The notes beneath the pieces are model-generated. The model saw nothing but the letters and a program-made list of their open reading frames with translations, was not told the origin of the DNA and did no database searches. A program made the position numbers and the translations under genes. DNA of 64,000 nucleotides. It comes from Candidatus Competibacteraceae bacterium (GTDB taxonomy: Bacteria; Pseudomonadota; Gammaproteobacteria; Competibacterales; Competibacteraceae). Positions within the stretch are counted from its first letter, which is position 1. Each line of letters opens with the position of its first letter. Of this stretch, positions 40,989 to 50,938 are shown one piece after another. The stretch lies in the NCBI GenBank assembly GCA_039807445.1, contig JBDHRG010000001.1, positions 3,367-67,366 on the forward strand, read 5' to 3'.

Positions 40989-42911
40989 ATGAGCATCTTC
41001 GAGCGTTACACATCGCGGTACGAGGCCAGCCGCGAAGAGGTCATGAGCCTGCAGGAGTATCTCGAACTCTGCCGGTCCGAGCCGATGGCCTACGTCTCGC
41101 CGGCCGAGCGTCTGCTGGCGGCGATCGGCGAACCGAGGCGGGTCGACACGCGGCTCAACCCGCGGCTGTCGCGCCTGTTTCAGAACAAGGTCATCAAGCT
41201 GTACCCGGCGTTCGAAGAGTTCTACGGCATGGAAGAGTCGATCGAGCAGATCGTCTCCTATCTGAAGCACTCAGCGCAGGGGCTGGAGGAAAAGAAGCAG
41301 ATCCTGTACCTGCTCGGCCCGGTCGGCGGCGGCAAGTCGTCGCTGGCCGAGAAGCTCAAGCACCTGATGGAAAAGGTGCCGTTCTACGCGATCCAGGGCT
41401 CGCCGATCCACGAGTCGCCGCTCGGGCTGTTCTCGCCCGACGAAGACGGCAAGATCCTCGAAGACGACTACGGCATCCCGCACCGCTACCTGAAGGGCGT
41501 GATGAGCCCGTGGGCGGTCAAGCGCCTGAAAGAGTTCAACGGCGACATCACCCGCTTCAAGGTGGTGCGGCTGCACCCGTCGATCCTCAAGCAAATCGCC
41601 GTCGCCAAGACCGAGCCCGGCGACGAGAACAACCAGGACATCTCGTCGCTGGTCGGCAAGGTCGACATCCGCAAGCTCGAGCACTATGCGCAGAACGACG
41701 CCGACGCCTACAGCTTCTCCGGCGGGCTGTGCCTGGCCAACCAGGGGCTGATGGAATTCGTCGAGATGTTCAAGGCACCGATCAAGGTGCTGCACCCGCT
41801 GCTGACCGCGACCCAGGAAGGCAACTACAACGGCACCGAGGGGCTGTCGGCGATCCCGTTCGATGGCATCCTGCTGGCGCATTCGAACGAAGCCGAGTGG
41901 CAGTCGTTCAAGAACAACAAGAACAACGAGGCATTCCTTGACCGCGTCTACATCGTCAAGGTGCCGTACTGCCTGCGCGTCTCGGACGAGGTCAAGATCT
42001 ACGAGAAGCTGCTGCGCAACTCGTCGCTGCGCGAGGCGCCGTGCGCCCCCGGCACGCTCGACATGCTGGCGCAGTTCTCGGTGCTGTCGCGGCTCAAGGA
42101 GCCGGAGAACTCGAGCATCTTCTCGAAGATGCGCATCTACGACGGCGAGAACCTCAAGGACACCGACCCCAAGGCCAAGTCGATGCAGGAGTACCACGAC
42201 TACGCCGGCGTCGACGAAGGCATGACCGGCATCTCGACGCGCTTCGCGTTCAAGATCCTGTCGCAGGTGTTCAACTTCGACCACAGCGAGGTCGCCGCCA
42301 ACCCGGTGCACCTGTTGTACGTGCTCGAGCGCCAGATCGAGCGCGAGCAGTTCGCGCCCGAGGTCGAGGAGAAATACCTGTCCTACCTGAAGGGCTGGCT
42401 GGCGCCGCGCTACGCCGAATTCATCGGCAAGGAGCTGCAGCAGGCTTACCTGGAGTCGTACTCCGAGTACGGGCAGAACATCTTCGACCGCTACGTCACC
42501 TACGCCGACTTCTGGATCCAGGACCAGGAGTACCGTGACCCGGATACCGGCGAATCGTTCGACCGTGCCGCGCTGAACGCCGAGCTCGAGAAGATCGAGA
42601 AGCCCGCGGGCATCTCCAACCCCAAGGACTTCCGCAACGAGATCGTCAACTTCGTGCTGCGCGCGCGCGCCAACAACGGCGGCAAGAACCCCGCCTGGAC
42701 CAGCTACGAGAAGCTGCGCGTGGTGATCGAGAAGAAGATGTTCTCGAACACCGAAGACCTGCTGCCGGTGATCAGCTTCAACGCCAAGGCGTCGGTCGAC
42801 GAGCAGAAGAAGCACGAGGACTTCGTCAACCGCATGGTCCGCAAGGGCTACACGCCCAAGCAGGTGCGCCTGCTGTCCGAGTGGTATCTGCGAGTGCGCA
42901 AGTCTTCGTGA
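40989..42911 (+). CDS. yeaG: PrkA/YeaG family serine protein kinase (AAA+-like)
   Basis: From ATG at 40989 (640 aa): [12 protein letters not shown].., Walker [18 protein letters not shown], and highly conserved PrkA blocks throughout. Confidence 0.93.
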   Translation: MSIFERYTSRYEASREEVMSLQEYLELCRSEPMAYVSPAERLLAAIGEPRRVDTRLNPRLSRLFQNKVIKLYPAFEEFYGMEESIEQIVSYLKHSAQGLEEKKQILYLLGPVGGGKSSLAEKLKHLMEKVPFYAIQGSPIHESPLGLFSPDEDGKILEDDYGIPHRYLKGVMSPWAVKRLKEFNGDITRFKVVRLHPSILKQIAVAKTEPGDENNQDISSLVGKVDIRKLEHYAQNDADAYSFSGGLCLANQGLMEFVEMFKAPIKVLHPLLTATQEGNYNGTEGLSAIPFDGILLAHSNEAEWQSFKNNKNNEAFLDRVYIVKVPYCLRVSDEVKIYEKLLRNSSLREAPCAPGTLDMLAQFSVLSRLKEPENSSIFSKMRIYDGENLKDTDPKAKSMQEYHDYAGVDEGMTGISTRFAFKILSQVFNFDHSEVAANPVHLLYVLERQIEREQFAPEVEEKYLSYLKGWLAPRYAEFIGKELQQAYLESYSEYGQNIFDRYVTYADFWIQDQEYRDPDTGESFDRAALNAELEKIEKPAGISNPKDFRNEIVNFVLRARANNGGKNPAWTSYEKLRVVIEKKMFSNTEDLLPVISFNAKASVDEQKKHEDFVNRMVRKGYTPKQVRLLSEWYLRVRKSS

Positions 42912-42924
42912 CCGGGAGCGAGCC

Positions 42925-44187
42925 ATGTCCCATTTCGTCGATCGACGGCTCAACGGCAAGAACCGCAGCGCGGTCAACCGCCAGCGCTTCCTGCACCGCT
43001 TCAAGGACCAGCTCAAGCGCGCCGTCGCCGACGCGATGACCGGGCGTTCGATCACCGACGTCGACAGTGGCGAAAAGGTCAGCATCCCGACCAAGGACAT
43101 CTCGGAACCGACCTTCGCGCACGGTCCGGGCGGGCGGCGCGAAGCGATCCACCCCGGCAACAAGGAGTTCGCCGCCGGCGACCGCATCGCCCGTCCCAAG
43201 GGCGGCGGCGGTGGCGGCGGCAAGCAGGCGAGCCAGGACGGTGAAGGCCAGGACGACTTCGTCTTCGAGCTGTCGCGCGACGAGTTCCTCGACCTGTTCT
43301 TCGAGGATCTGGCGCTGCCCGACCTGGTGAAGACGCAGCTCGCACGGATTCCGGAGTGGAAGACGGTACGCGCCGGTTTCACCCAGACCGGCGTGCCGGC
43401 CAACATCAACATCGTGCGCTCGCTGAAGGGGGCGCTGGCGCGGCGCACCGCGCTCGGCGCCACCTACCGTCGGCGGCTGCACGAAGCCGAGCGCGAACTC
43501 GAGGAACTGCTCGCGCGCGACGGCGAGCAGGCGCCGGGCGTCGTCGAGCTGAAGGAAGAGATCCGCCGGCTGCGCTTCAAGCTCGACGCGATCCCGTTCA
43601 TCGACACCTTCGACCTGCGCTACAACAACCGGATTCGCCAGCCCAAGCCGAGCACGCAGGCGGTGATGTTCTGCATCATGGACGTGTCGGGCTCGATGGA
43701 CCAGGAGCGCAAGGACTTGGCCAAGCGTTTCTTCACGCTGCTGTACCTGTTCCTGACGCGCAACTACGAGCGCATCGAGGTGGTGTTCATCCGCCACCAC
43801 ACGGTCGCCAAGGAAGTCGACGAGCACGAGTTCTTCTATTCGCGCGAAACCGGCGGCACCGTGGTGTCCTCGGCGCTGACGCTGATGGCCGACATCGTCC
43901 GCAGCCGCTACCCGAGCGGCGCGTGGAACATCTACGCTGCGCAAGCCTCGGACGGCGACAACTGGCAGGACGACTCGCCGGGCTGCCGCGAAATCCTGCT
44001 CGAGCGGATCATGCCCTTCGTGCAGTACTTCGCCTACGTCGAGATCACCCCCGATCGCCACCAGAGCCTGTGGGAGGAGTACCTGGCGGTGCAGACCCAA
44101 TGCAAGCACTTCGCGATGCAGGAGATCGGCGGTGCCGAAGACATCTACCCGGTGTTCCGCGAACTGTTCAAGAGGCGCGTGACATGA
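42925..44187 (+). CDS. yeaH: YeaH/YhbH family protein (DUF444)
   Basis: 420 aa. [23 protein letters not shown].., Gly-rich linker, C-terminal vWA-like MDVSGSM motif. Confidence 0.9.
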   Translation: MSHFVDRRLNGKNRSAVNRQRFLHRFKDQLKRAVADAMTGRSITDVDSGEKVSIPTKDISEPTFAHGPGGRREAIHPGNKEFAAGDRIARPKGGGGGGGKQASQDGEGQDDFVFELSRDEFLDLFFEDLALPDLVKTQLARIPEWKTVRAGFTQTGVPANINIVRSLKGALARRTALGATYRRRLHEAERELEELLARDGEQAPGVVELKEEIRRLRFKLDAIPFIDTFDLRYNNRIRQPKPSTQAVMFCIMDVSGSMDQERKDLAKRFFTLLYLFLTRNYERIEVVFIRHHTVAKEVDEHEFFYSRETGGTVVSSALTLMADIVRSRYPSGAWNIYAAQASDGDNWQDDSPGCREILLERIMPFVQYFAYVEITPDRHQSLWEEYLAVQTQCKHFAMQEIGGAEDIYPVFRELFKRRVT

Positions 44188-45689
44188 CCGAGCGAGCGTT
44201 GATCTCCGAGGGCTCGGAGTGGACCTTTCCGCTGCTCGAGACGTACGAGCGCGAGATCGCACGGATCGCGCACGAGGTGTTCGGGCTCGACACTTACCCG
44301 AACCAGATCGAGGTGATCACTGCCGAGCAGATGATGGATGCCTATTCGTCGGTCGGCATGCCGATCGGCTACCAGCACTGGTCGTTCGGCAAGCAGTTCG
44401 TCGCCACCGAGAAGAACTACCGGCGCGGGCAGATGGGGCTGGCCTACGAGATCGTGATCAACTCCAATCCCTGCATCGCCTACCTGATGGAAGAGAACAC
44501 GGTGACGATGCAGGCGCTGGTGATCGCGCACGCCTGCTACGGCCACAACTCGTTCTTCAAGGGCAACTACCTGTTCCGCACCTGGACCGCGGCCGACTCG
44601 ATCATCGACTACCTGGTGTTCGCGCGGCGCTACGTCGCGCAGTGCGAAGAGCGCTACGGCGTCGAGGCGGTCGAGGAACTGCTCGACTCGTGCCATGCGC
44701 TGATGAACCAGGGCGTAGACCGCTACAAGCGCCCCGCGCCGCTGTCGATGGCCAAGGAGCAGGCGCGCCAGCGCGAGCGCGCGGACTACCTGCAGTCGCA
44801 AGTCAACGACTTGTGGCGCACGCTCCCCGCCCGCCCCGGCGCGCCCGAGGCAGCGCACGAGGAGCGCTTTCCGCCCGAGCCGCAGGAGAACCTGCTGTAC
44901 TTCATCGAAAAGCACGCGCCGCTGCTCGAGCCTTGGCAGCGCGAGATCGTGCGCATCGTGCGCAAGATCGCGCAGTACTTCTACCCGCAGCGTCAGACCC
45001 AGGTGATGAACGAGGGCTGGGCGACCTTCTGGCACTACACCATCCTCAACCGCCTGTACGATGAGGGCAAGGTGTCCGACGGCTTCATGATGGAGTTCCT
45101 GCAGTCGCACACCAACGTCGTGTTCCAGCCCGACTTCGATACCCCCTGGTACAACGGCATCAACCCCTACGCGCTCGGTTTCGCGATGTGGACCGACCTC
45201 AAGCGCATCTGCGAAAGCCCGACCGAGGAAGACCGCCGCTGGTTCCCCGAGCTGGCCGACTCCGACTGGCGCAAGACATTCGACTTCGCGATGCGCAACT
45301 TCAAGGACGAGAGCTTCATCGCGCAGTACCTGTCGCCGAAGCTGATCCGCGACTTCAAGCTGTTCGCGGTGCTCGACGACGATCGCGAAGATACGCTCGA
45401 GATCACCGCGATCCACGACGATGCCGGCTATCGCCGCATCCGTCAGGCGCTGGCCGACCAGTACAACCTCGGCTCGCGCGAGCCCAACATCCAGGTCTGG
45501 AACGTCGACCGCCGCGGCGACCGCTCGCTGACGCTGCGCCACAGCGTCTACAACCGCCGCCCGCTGGCCTCGGGCACGACCTTCGAGATGATGAAGCACC
45601 TGTACCGACTGTGGGGCTTCACGGTACGGCTCGAGGCGGTCGACGAGAACGGCAAGACCAGCCTGGTCAGCGAAGTGCGGCGGCACTGA
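44184..45689 (+). CDS. ycgB: SpoVR family protein (YcgB)
   Basis: From ATG at 44184, overlapping the yeaH stop as ATGA. 501 aa. [47 protein letters not shown]. Confidence 0.9.
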   Translation: MTERALISEGSEWTFPLLETYEREIARIAHEVFGLDTYPNQIEVITAEQMMDAYSSVGMPIGYQHWSFGKQFVATEKNYRRGQMGLAYEIVINSNPCIAYLMEENTVTMQALVIAHACYGHNSFFKGNYLFRTWTAADSIIDYLVFARRYVAQCEERYGVEAVEELLDSCHALMNQGVDRYKRPAPLSMAKEQARQRERADYLQSQVNDLWRTLPARPGAPEAAHEERFPPEPQENLLYFIEKHAPLLEPWQREIVRIVRKIAQYFYPQRQTQVMNEGWATFWHYTILNRLYDEGKVSDGFMMEFLQSHTNVVFQPDFDTPWYNGINPYALGFAMWTDLKRICESPTEEDRRWFPELADSDWRKTFDFAMRNFKDESFIAQYLSPKLIRDFKLFAVLDDDREDTLEITAIHDDAGYRRIRQALADQYNLGSREPNIQVWNVDRRGDRSLTLRHSVYNRRPLASGTTFEMMKHLYRLWGFTVRLEAVDENGKTSLVSEVRRH

Positions 45690-45746
45690 AGCGGGAAGCG
45701 GGAAGCGGGAAGCGGGAAGCGGGAAGCGGGAAGCGGGAAGCGGGAA
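45688..45746 (+). repeat. heptanucleotide tandem repeat (GCGGGAA)x8 plus a partial unit
   Basis: 45691-45746 is eight perfect head-to-tail copies of gcgggaa. The preceding gaa (45688-45690) is a partial unit overlapping the ycgB TGA (45687-45689). Gives 8 GGG runs spaced by 4 nt. Confidence 0.95.
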
Positions 45747-45837
45747 GACACTGGCACAGTTCCCATATCACATCTAACGCTTCAAGCAACCGTATCGGCT
45801 AAACTGCCGAGGCCTGTTCTCTTCCCGGTTTCCCCTC

Positions 45838-46686
45838 ATGCGACTGCACCATCTCGTGCCGGCACTCGCCGTCGGACTGCCGCTGGTGTGCGCCGCCCAG
45901 CCTTGGGGCGAGGTGTCCGCCCCGAGCGACGGCCCTGCACGCGTGATCGGTCGCTACACCGCCGGCTGCATCGGCGGTGCCGCGGTGCTGCCTCGCGGCG
46001 GCAGCGGCTACCAGGCGATGCGCCCGAGCCGCAACCGCCACTACGGCCACCCGGACCTGGTGCGCTTCGTCGAGGCGCTGGGGCGCGCGGCCGCCGCGCG
46101 CGGCTTGCCGGTAGTGCTGGTCGGCGACCTCGGCCAGCCGCGCGGCGGCCCGCTGCCCTCCGGCCACCGCAGCCACCAGAGCGGACTCGACGTCGACATC
46201 TGGTTGCGTTTCGCACCCGGCGGCGGCGCGCCGCGCGGCGAGGCACTCGAAACCCTGCCGCTGACGAGCATGATCGACGCCGCCGCCGGGCGCGTGCGCG
46301 CCGACCGCTTCGGCGCACCGCAGCGCGAACTGCTGCGGCTCGCCGCCGAGCAGCCCGAGGTGGAACGCATCTTCGTCAATCCGGTGATCAAGCAGCACCT
46401 GTGCCGCAGCGAGCCCAACGCCGCCTGGCTGGTCAAGCTGCGGCCGTGGTGGGGCCACGACGAGCACTTCCACGTCCGCTTACGCTGTCCGGCCGACAGC
46501 CCGCTGTGCGAAGCGCAGAAACCGTTCGAACCGGGCGACGGCTGTGACGATGCGCTGGCGCGCTGGGTGCAGGAAATCCGCGACGCCACGCGCCGACCCA
46601 AACCGCCGGTGCCGCCGCCACCCGAGCCGGTGCTGCCGAGCGCGTGCTACGGCGTACTCGGTGCGCCGACCGCCGCCCGCCGCTGA
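45838..46686 (+). CDS. mepA: penicillin-insensitive murein DD-endopeptidase
   Basis: 282 aa. Signal peptide, HRSHQSGLDVDIW, WGHDEHFHVRLRCP (Zn ligands) are MepA motifs. Confidence 0.88.
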   Translation: MRLHHLVPALAVGLPLVCAAQPWGEVSAPSDGPARVIGRYTAGCIGGAAVLPRGGSGYQAMRPSRNRHYGHPDLVRFVEALGRAAAARGLPVVLVGDLGQPRGGPLPSGHRSHQSGLDVDIWLRFAPGGGAPRGEALETLPLTSMIDAAAGRVRADRFGAPQRELLRLAAEQPEVERIFVNPVIKQHLCRSEPNAAWLVKLRPWWGHDEHFHVRLRCPADSPLCEAQKPFEPGDGCDDALARWVQEIRDATRRPKPPVPPPPEPVLPSACYGVLGAPTAARR

Positions 46687-46939
46687 GGAGTTCCCCGCCC
46701 GCGAGTCACGCTGACCGCCGCTGCCCGCGGCTTTCCTGCGCACGCGGTTGCAGACAGCTCCCTGAGCGGGCATCATGCGCCCCCCGGCGGCGGCTCCGGA
46801 CCCCCGAGCTTGCCGCAGATCAATGGAACTGACGGCGAGCCCGTGCCACCCTGCGCGGCTCGCGCAACCGGTCTGCTTGCTGTAGATCCCTACCTGCCGG
46901 GAGGCGCCGAAGAAGTCGCCCCCGCCCAAGGAGAAGTGC

Positions 46940-47383
46940 ATGAGCCGCCCGATCCGGGTCTTGTTCGTTTCGCACCGCAACAGCGCGCGCTCGCAGATCG
47001 CCGAAGTGCTTCTGCGCCGGCTCGGCCGCGGCCGCTTCGCCACCTCTAGCGCCGGCATCGAGCTCGAGGCGCTGAATCCGCTGGTGCAATCAGTGCTGGC
47101 GGGGGCCGGAATCGACATCTCCGGCCAGCTCAGCAAGCCGGTCGAGAACTTCCTCGGTCAGGACTTCGACTGGATCGTCACGCTGTGCCCGCAGGCGCAC
47201 GATTGCGCCGCCGACTTCCCCGATGCCGGGCACCTCGCCTGGGACTTCCCCGACCTCGCCGAGCTCGGCGGCGACGAGCTGAGCCGCCGCTCGGCGGCGA
47301 AGCGCCTGATCGGCCAGCTCGCCGAGCGCCTCGCGGACTGGATCGGTTCGCTGCCCCGTCCGGCGGAGCCCCGCTTCGGCTGA
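46940..47383 (+). CDS. ArsC/low-molecular-weight phosphatase family protein with a Cys-less P-loop
   Basis: 147 aa, AAGGAG upstream. VLFVSHRNSARSQIAE aligns with the LMW-PTP/ArsC loop (I/L)CTGNSCRSQMAE, but Cys is replaced by Ser and Ala. SAGIE, VVTLC-like IVTLC and WDFPD are retained. Confidence 0.8.
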   Translation: MSRPIRVLFVSHRNSARSQIAEVLLRRLGRGRFATSSAGIELEALNPLVQSVLAGAGIDISGQLSKPVENFLGQDFDWIVTLCPQAHDCAADFPDAGHLAWDFPDLAELGGDELSRRSAAKRLIGQLAERLADWIGSLPRPAEPRFG

Positions 47384-47510
47384 TTCCGCCCCGCAACGGC
47401 TGCGGTTCGACGCCGCGCGCGCGTATGGCGCCGCCCTGCGCAGCTACAATCCCGGCGGAGGGCGTGCCCGCGCGGACGCCCGGTCGCCGACAGCCGAGGA
47501 GTCCGCAACG

Positions 47511-47957
47511 ATGAACCACTACCAGCACGTCTTGCTCGCCACCGATTTCTCGCCCGAGGCGACGCAAGTCGCCGTGCGGGCGCGCGAGATCGCGCAGCGC
47601 AACGGCGCGCGGCTGACGCTCGTGCACGTGATCGAGGAAGTCAACATCAGCGCCGGCTACGAGCTGATGCCGCTGCTGCCGGAGCTGCCCGACGAGGCGA
47701 TCGCGCGCGAGGCGCAGCAGGGGCTCGAGCGGATGGCGACCGAGCTCGGTCTGCCCGAGGCCGGACGCCGGATCGTCACCGCGATCTCGACCAAGGAAGG
47801 CATCGTCCAGGCAGCGCGCGATCTGCAGGCCGACCTGATCGTGGTCGGCAGCCACAGCCGCCACGGCCTCGCGCTGCTGCTCGGCTCGACCGCCAACGCC
47901 GTGCTGCACGGCGCACCGTGCGACGTGCTCGCGGTGCGCATCATCGAAAAACCCTGA
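47511..47957 (+). CDS. uspA: universal stress protein (UspA family)
   Basis: 148 aa. HVLLATDFS.., LIVVGSHSRHGL..LLGSTANAVLHGAPCDVLAV. Confidence 0.88.
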   Translation: MNHYQHVLLATDFSPEATQVAVRAREIAQRNGARLTLVHVIEEVNISAGYELMPLLPELPDEAIAREAQQGLERMATELGLPEAGRRIVTAISTKEGIVQAARDLQADLIVVGSHSRHGLALLLGSTANAVLHGAPCDVLAVRIIEKP

Positions 47958-48001
47958 GCCCTGCCCCCGCCGGGCCGCCCCGAGGACGGCACGGCGGGCA
48001 T

Positions 48002-48979
48002 TCAAGCCACGTCGCCGAACACCGCCGCCAGATCGACGCTCGAACGCACGCCGAGCGCTTCGCCGTGGCGCTCGAGCCAACGCCCGGTGGCTTCGTGCCC
48101 GGCCGCGCGCAGCCGCTCGAGGAAGCCGCGGTCGGCCTCGAGCTTGCTCGCGTGCTCGAGCTCGGGCAGCGGCGCATCGGGCTCGATCAGGTGGAAGCGC
48201 GTCCACGGCCGCTGCGCCGCGATGCCGCGCATCTCGCGCAGAAACGCCGCGCTGAAGGCCAACTCCGCGGTGCGCGCCGCGATCGCCTGCGCGCCGCGCG
48301 GCACGCCGTAGCGCTCGAGCGGAGTCAGCAGCACCAGCAGCACATCACCGCAGGCGGAGTCGTCGAGCAGCGGCTGCACCACCGGGTTGCCGCTGTAGCC
48401 ACCGTCCCAGTAGGCTTCGCCGTCACGCTCGATGGCATGGTGCAGCATCGGCAGACAGGCCGAAGCCAGCAGCGCGTCGGCGTCGAGTTCGTCGTTGTCG
48501 AACAGCCGCAGCCGACCGTCGCGCACCCGGGTCGCGGCGATGCACAGCCGCGGTCGAGCAGCGGCGCGCAGCCGCGCGAAGTCGATGCGCCGCTCGACGA
48601 TCGCGCGCAAGGGATCGAGATTCAGCGGATTGAACTCGTACGGCGAGAGCACGCGCGCCAGCGCCAGCCAGCCACTGCCTTGCAGCCCGCGTGCCAGCGG
48701 CCAAGCCGGCGGCGCCGCTTGCGCGACGTCGAACCAGAAACCGGCCAGCGCTTCGCGCGCCCCCTCGCTGCCGCCGCGCAGCCAGCCGTCGGCGCACACC
48801 ACGGCATTCATCGCCCCGGCGCTCGTCCCCGAGTAGGCGAGCGGCTCCAGCCAGGGCTCTTCCAGCAAGCGCTCGAGCACGCCCCAGGTATAGGCGCCGT
48901 GCGCCCCACCACCCTGCAACGCCAGGCCGAGCGCGACACGCCGTAGCGGCGAACATGGAAGCTTGAACCATTCGAACAT
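48002..48979 (-). CDS. patatin-like phospholipase
   Basis: 325 aa. Oxyanion GGGAHGAY, nucleophile elbow GTSAG, catalytic DGG (YWDGGYSGNP). Confidence 0.85.
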   Translation of the reverse strand: MFEWFKLPCSPLRRVALGLALQGGGAHGAYTWGVLERLLEEPWLEPLAYSGTSAGAMNAVVCADGWLRGGSEGAREALAGFWFDVAQAAPPAWPLARGLQGSGWLALARVLSPYEFNPLNLDPLRAIVERRIDFARLRAAARPRLCIAATRVRDGRLRLFDNDELDADALLASACLPMLHHAIERDGEAYWDGGYSGNPVVQPLLDDSACGDVLLVLLTPLERYGVPRGAQAIAARTAELAFSAAFLREMRGIAAQRPWTRFHLIEPDAPLPELEHASKLEADRGFLERLRAAGHEATGRWLERHGEALGVRSSVDLAAVFGDVA

Positions 48980-49072
48980 GCCGTCCTCCTACTGCAAGAG
49001 GTTCGGCGGCAGCTTAACGCGCGTTTATGACGCAATGCAGCAATTGTATTGAACCTGCCACAAGAACACGGC

Positions 49073-49814
49073 TCAGATCCGCCACACGTACAGCGTACCG
49101 CCGCCGGGCAGTGCGATGCGGCGCGTCGGCACCACGCCGGGAATCGCGAACGTGTCGCTGACCAGCAGCGTGCCGGGGCGCATCTCGGCGCGGGCCTTGG
49201 CCCACAGCGCGGCATCGGCTGCGGCGACGGGTAGCAGAACACCACGTCGTAGCGGGCGAGCCCGTGCCGCCAGAGGCTGGCGTAGCGGATGCGCGCATTG
49301 CGCCGACCGAGCAGGCGCAGCCGCGCGCGCAACCAGGGCAGCGGTGCCGATTCGCCCCCCCCCCGAAGCGCCCGGCGGGAAAACGCCGCGACAGGTGCTC
49401 GACCACGCCGCCGAACCCGCAGCCGAGGTCGACGAAGCGGCAGCGGCCTTGGTCCGGCAGCAGCGCGGCGAGCGCCTCTCAGGCGACGCGGCCGGAAAGA
49501 TACAGCGGCACGCGGCCGCGGAAGCTGTTCCAGTACAGCGCCAGCAGCGCCGCGAACGCAGCCAACCAGGCCCAGCCCGGCAGCCCCAGCGCGAAACCGC
49601 CGGCGACCGCCGGCAGCAACGCCAGCTGCAGCGCGATCCACCAACGCGCCAGGCCGAAGGTGCGCACGCCGATCAGTGCGGCGAGCCCCCCCTTGAGCCC
49701 GACCAGCCCCCACAGCGGCAGCCCCTCGCCGCGAAGCGCCACCGGAGCGGCCTGCAGTAGCCACAGCGCGGCCAGCGCCAGCAGCAGCAGCGGCATGCGC
49801 CGCACCCGTGCCAT
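49073..49814 (-). pseudogene. membrane-anchored class I SAM-dependent methyltransferase, disrupted by one in-frame TGA and two frameshifts
   Basis: Frame A from ATG 49814 gives ~110 aa of TM segments ending ..LYLSGRVA, then TGA (49479-49481). The same frame continues EALAALLPDQGRCRFVDLGCGFGGVVEHLSRRFPAGRFGG (motif I). At the G10 tract (rc of 49355-49364) the sense continues in another frame: ESAPLPWLRARL..IRYASLWRHGLARYDVVFCYPSPQPMP. Near 49208-49212 it moves to the third frame: ALWAKARAEMRPGTLLVSDTFAIPGVVPTRRIALPGGGTLYVWRI, stop at 49073-49075. Confidence 0.6.
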
Positions 49815-49821
49815 CCCGGCC

Positions 49822-50916
49822 TCAGCGCGTCGGCTCAGCCGGCACCAGTCCGGGCGGCAGCAGCGGCGGCACCGACACCGAGGCGCCGGGCCCGGGGTCC
49901 TGCACCTCGGCGGCGCGGGCTCCGGCGGCAGCTTCGGCGGCGGGTTTCGCTGCCACGGACCTGGTCGCAGACGGCGCGGCGGGTTTCTCCGGCATCTCGG
50001 CCGCCGCCGCCGCGGCACGCTCGGGCGCGAGTTGCTCGGCGCTCGGCAGCGTCTCCGCACCGACCTCGACGCTGCTGCCGGCATTGGCGCGGACCCGTTG
50101 TTCGGCTTCGCGCGTCATCACGTTCACCGAAATGCGGCGATTGGTCGGATCGAGCGGATTGTCGGCGACCAGCGGCACGCTGTCGGCCTGGCCGATCACG
50201 CGCAGCACCTTTTGCGGCTGCAAGCCGTCGGCGATCATCTCGCGGCGCGCAGCGTTGGCGCGGTCGGCCGACAGCTCCCAGTTGCTGTAGCCGCGATTGC
50301 CGCCGGCGTACGGGTGTGCATCGGTGTGACCGCTGATCGTGATCGCGTTCGGCAGGCTGTTGATCAGCGGCGTGATCTCCCTGAGGATCTGCCGCGCATA
50401 GGGCTGCAGCTGCGCGCTGGCCAGATCGAACATCGGCCGGTTGGCCTGGTCGATGATCTGGACGCGCAAGCCCTCGCGGCTGAAGTCGAGCCGCAGCTGG
50501 TTGCGGTAGGGCTGCAGCTGCGGGCTGGCCTCGATCAGCTGCTCGAGCTTGAGCTTCAGCGCGTTCAGCCGGCCGGCATCGTTTTCGCTGGCATGCGCCA
50601 CCATCTGCCGGCTGCCGTCGTTGGTGCGCTTGACCTGGCCGGCCGAACGCGACAAGTCTTCGCCGCCCCCCTTGACCGCCGCGGTCGCGTCGCCGGTGCT
50701 GTTGCCGCCCGACAGCGAAACCCTGAACGGGTTCTTGAAATACTCGGCGATGCCCTGCAGCGTGCTGACGTTGACCGTGCCGAGCAGCCACATCAGCAGG
50801 AAGAACGCCATCATCGCCGTCACGAAGTCGGCGTAGGCGAGCTTCCAGGCGCCGCCGTGGTGGCCGTGGTGACCCTTCTTGATCTTCTTGACGATGATCG
50901 GTTTCTGTCCGGACAC
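49822..50916 (-). CDS. motB: flagellar stator protein MotB
   Basis: 364 aa, GTG start with GGAGGGGG upstream. TM segment with conserved Asp (WKLAYADFVTAMMAFF); OmpA-like domain (GYSNWELSADRA). Ala/Pro-rich C-terminal tail. Confidence 0.9.
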   Translation of the reverse strand: MSGQKPIIVKKIKKGHHGHHGGAWKLAYADFVTAMMAFFLLMWLLGTVNVSTLQGIAEYFKNPFRVSLSGGNSTGDATAAVKGGGEDLSRSAGQVKRTNDGSRQMVAHASENDAGRLNALKLKLEQLIEASPQLQPYRNQLRLDFSREGLRVQIIDQANRPMFDLASAQLQPYARQILREITPLINSLPNAITISGHTDAHPYAGGNRGYSNWELSADRANAARREMIADGLQPQKVLRVIGQADSVPLVADNPLDPTNRRISVNVMTREAEQRVRANAGSSVEVGAETLPSAEQLAPERAAAAAAEMPEKPAAPSATRSVAAKPAAEAAAGARAAEVQDPGPGASVSVPPLLPPGLVPAEPTR

Positions 50917-50938
50917 GGTTCGCCCCCTCCCCCGCGGC

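Noticed and set aside
45688-45746. Heptad arrays considered as CRISPR or as coding repeats (the track shows [14 protein letters not shown]...).
   Set aside because: The units are contiguous 7-mers without spacers, so this is not CRISPR. The repeat lies after the ycgB stop, and the ORF reading through it (45188..45802) overlaps ycgB out of frame.
45752-45767. TGGCAC immediately after the heptad array as a sigma54 promoter for mepA.
   Set aside because: The position where TTGC should occur (GG-N10-GC) reads CCAT, so there is no -12 element.
48002-48979. Patatin-like phospholipase as an effector of a defence system (CBASS-type).
   Set aside because: No cyclase, nucleotidyltransferase, sensor or other defence genes adjacent. 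Neighbours are uspA and the decayed methyltransferase. The sequence resembles common stand-alone patatin-like lipases.
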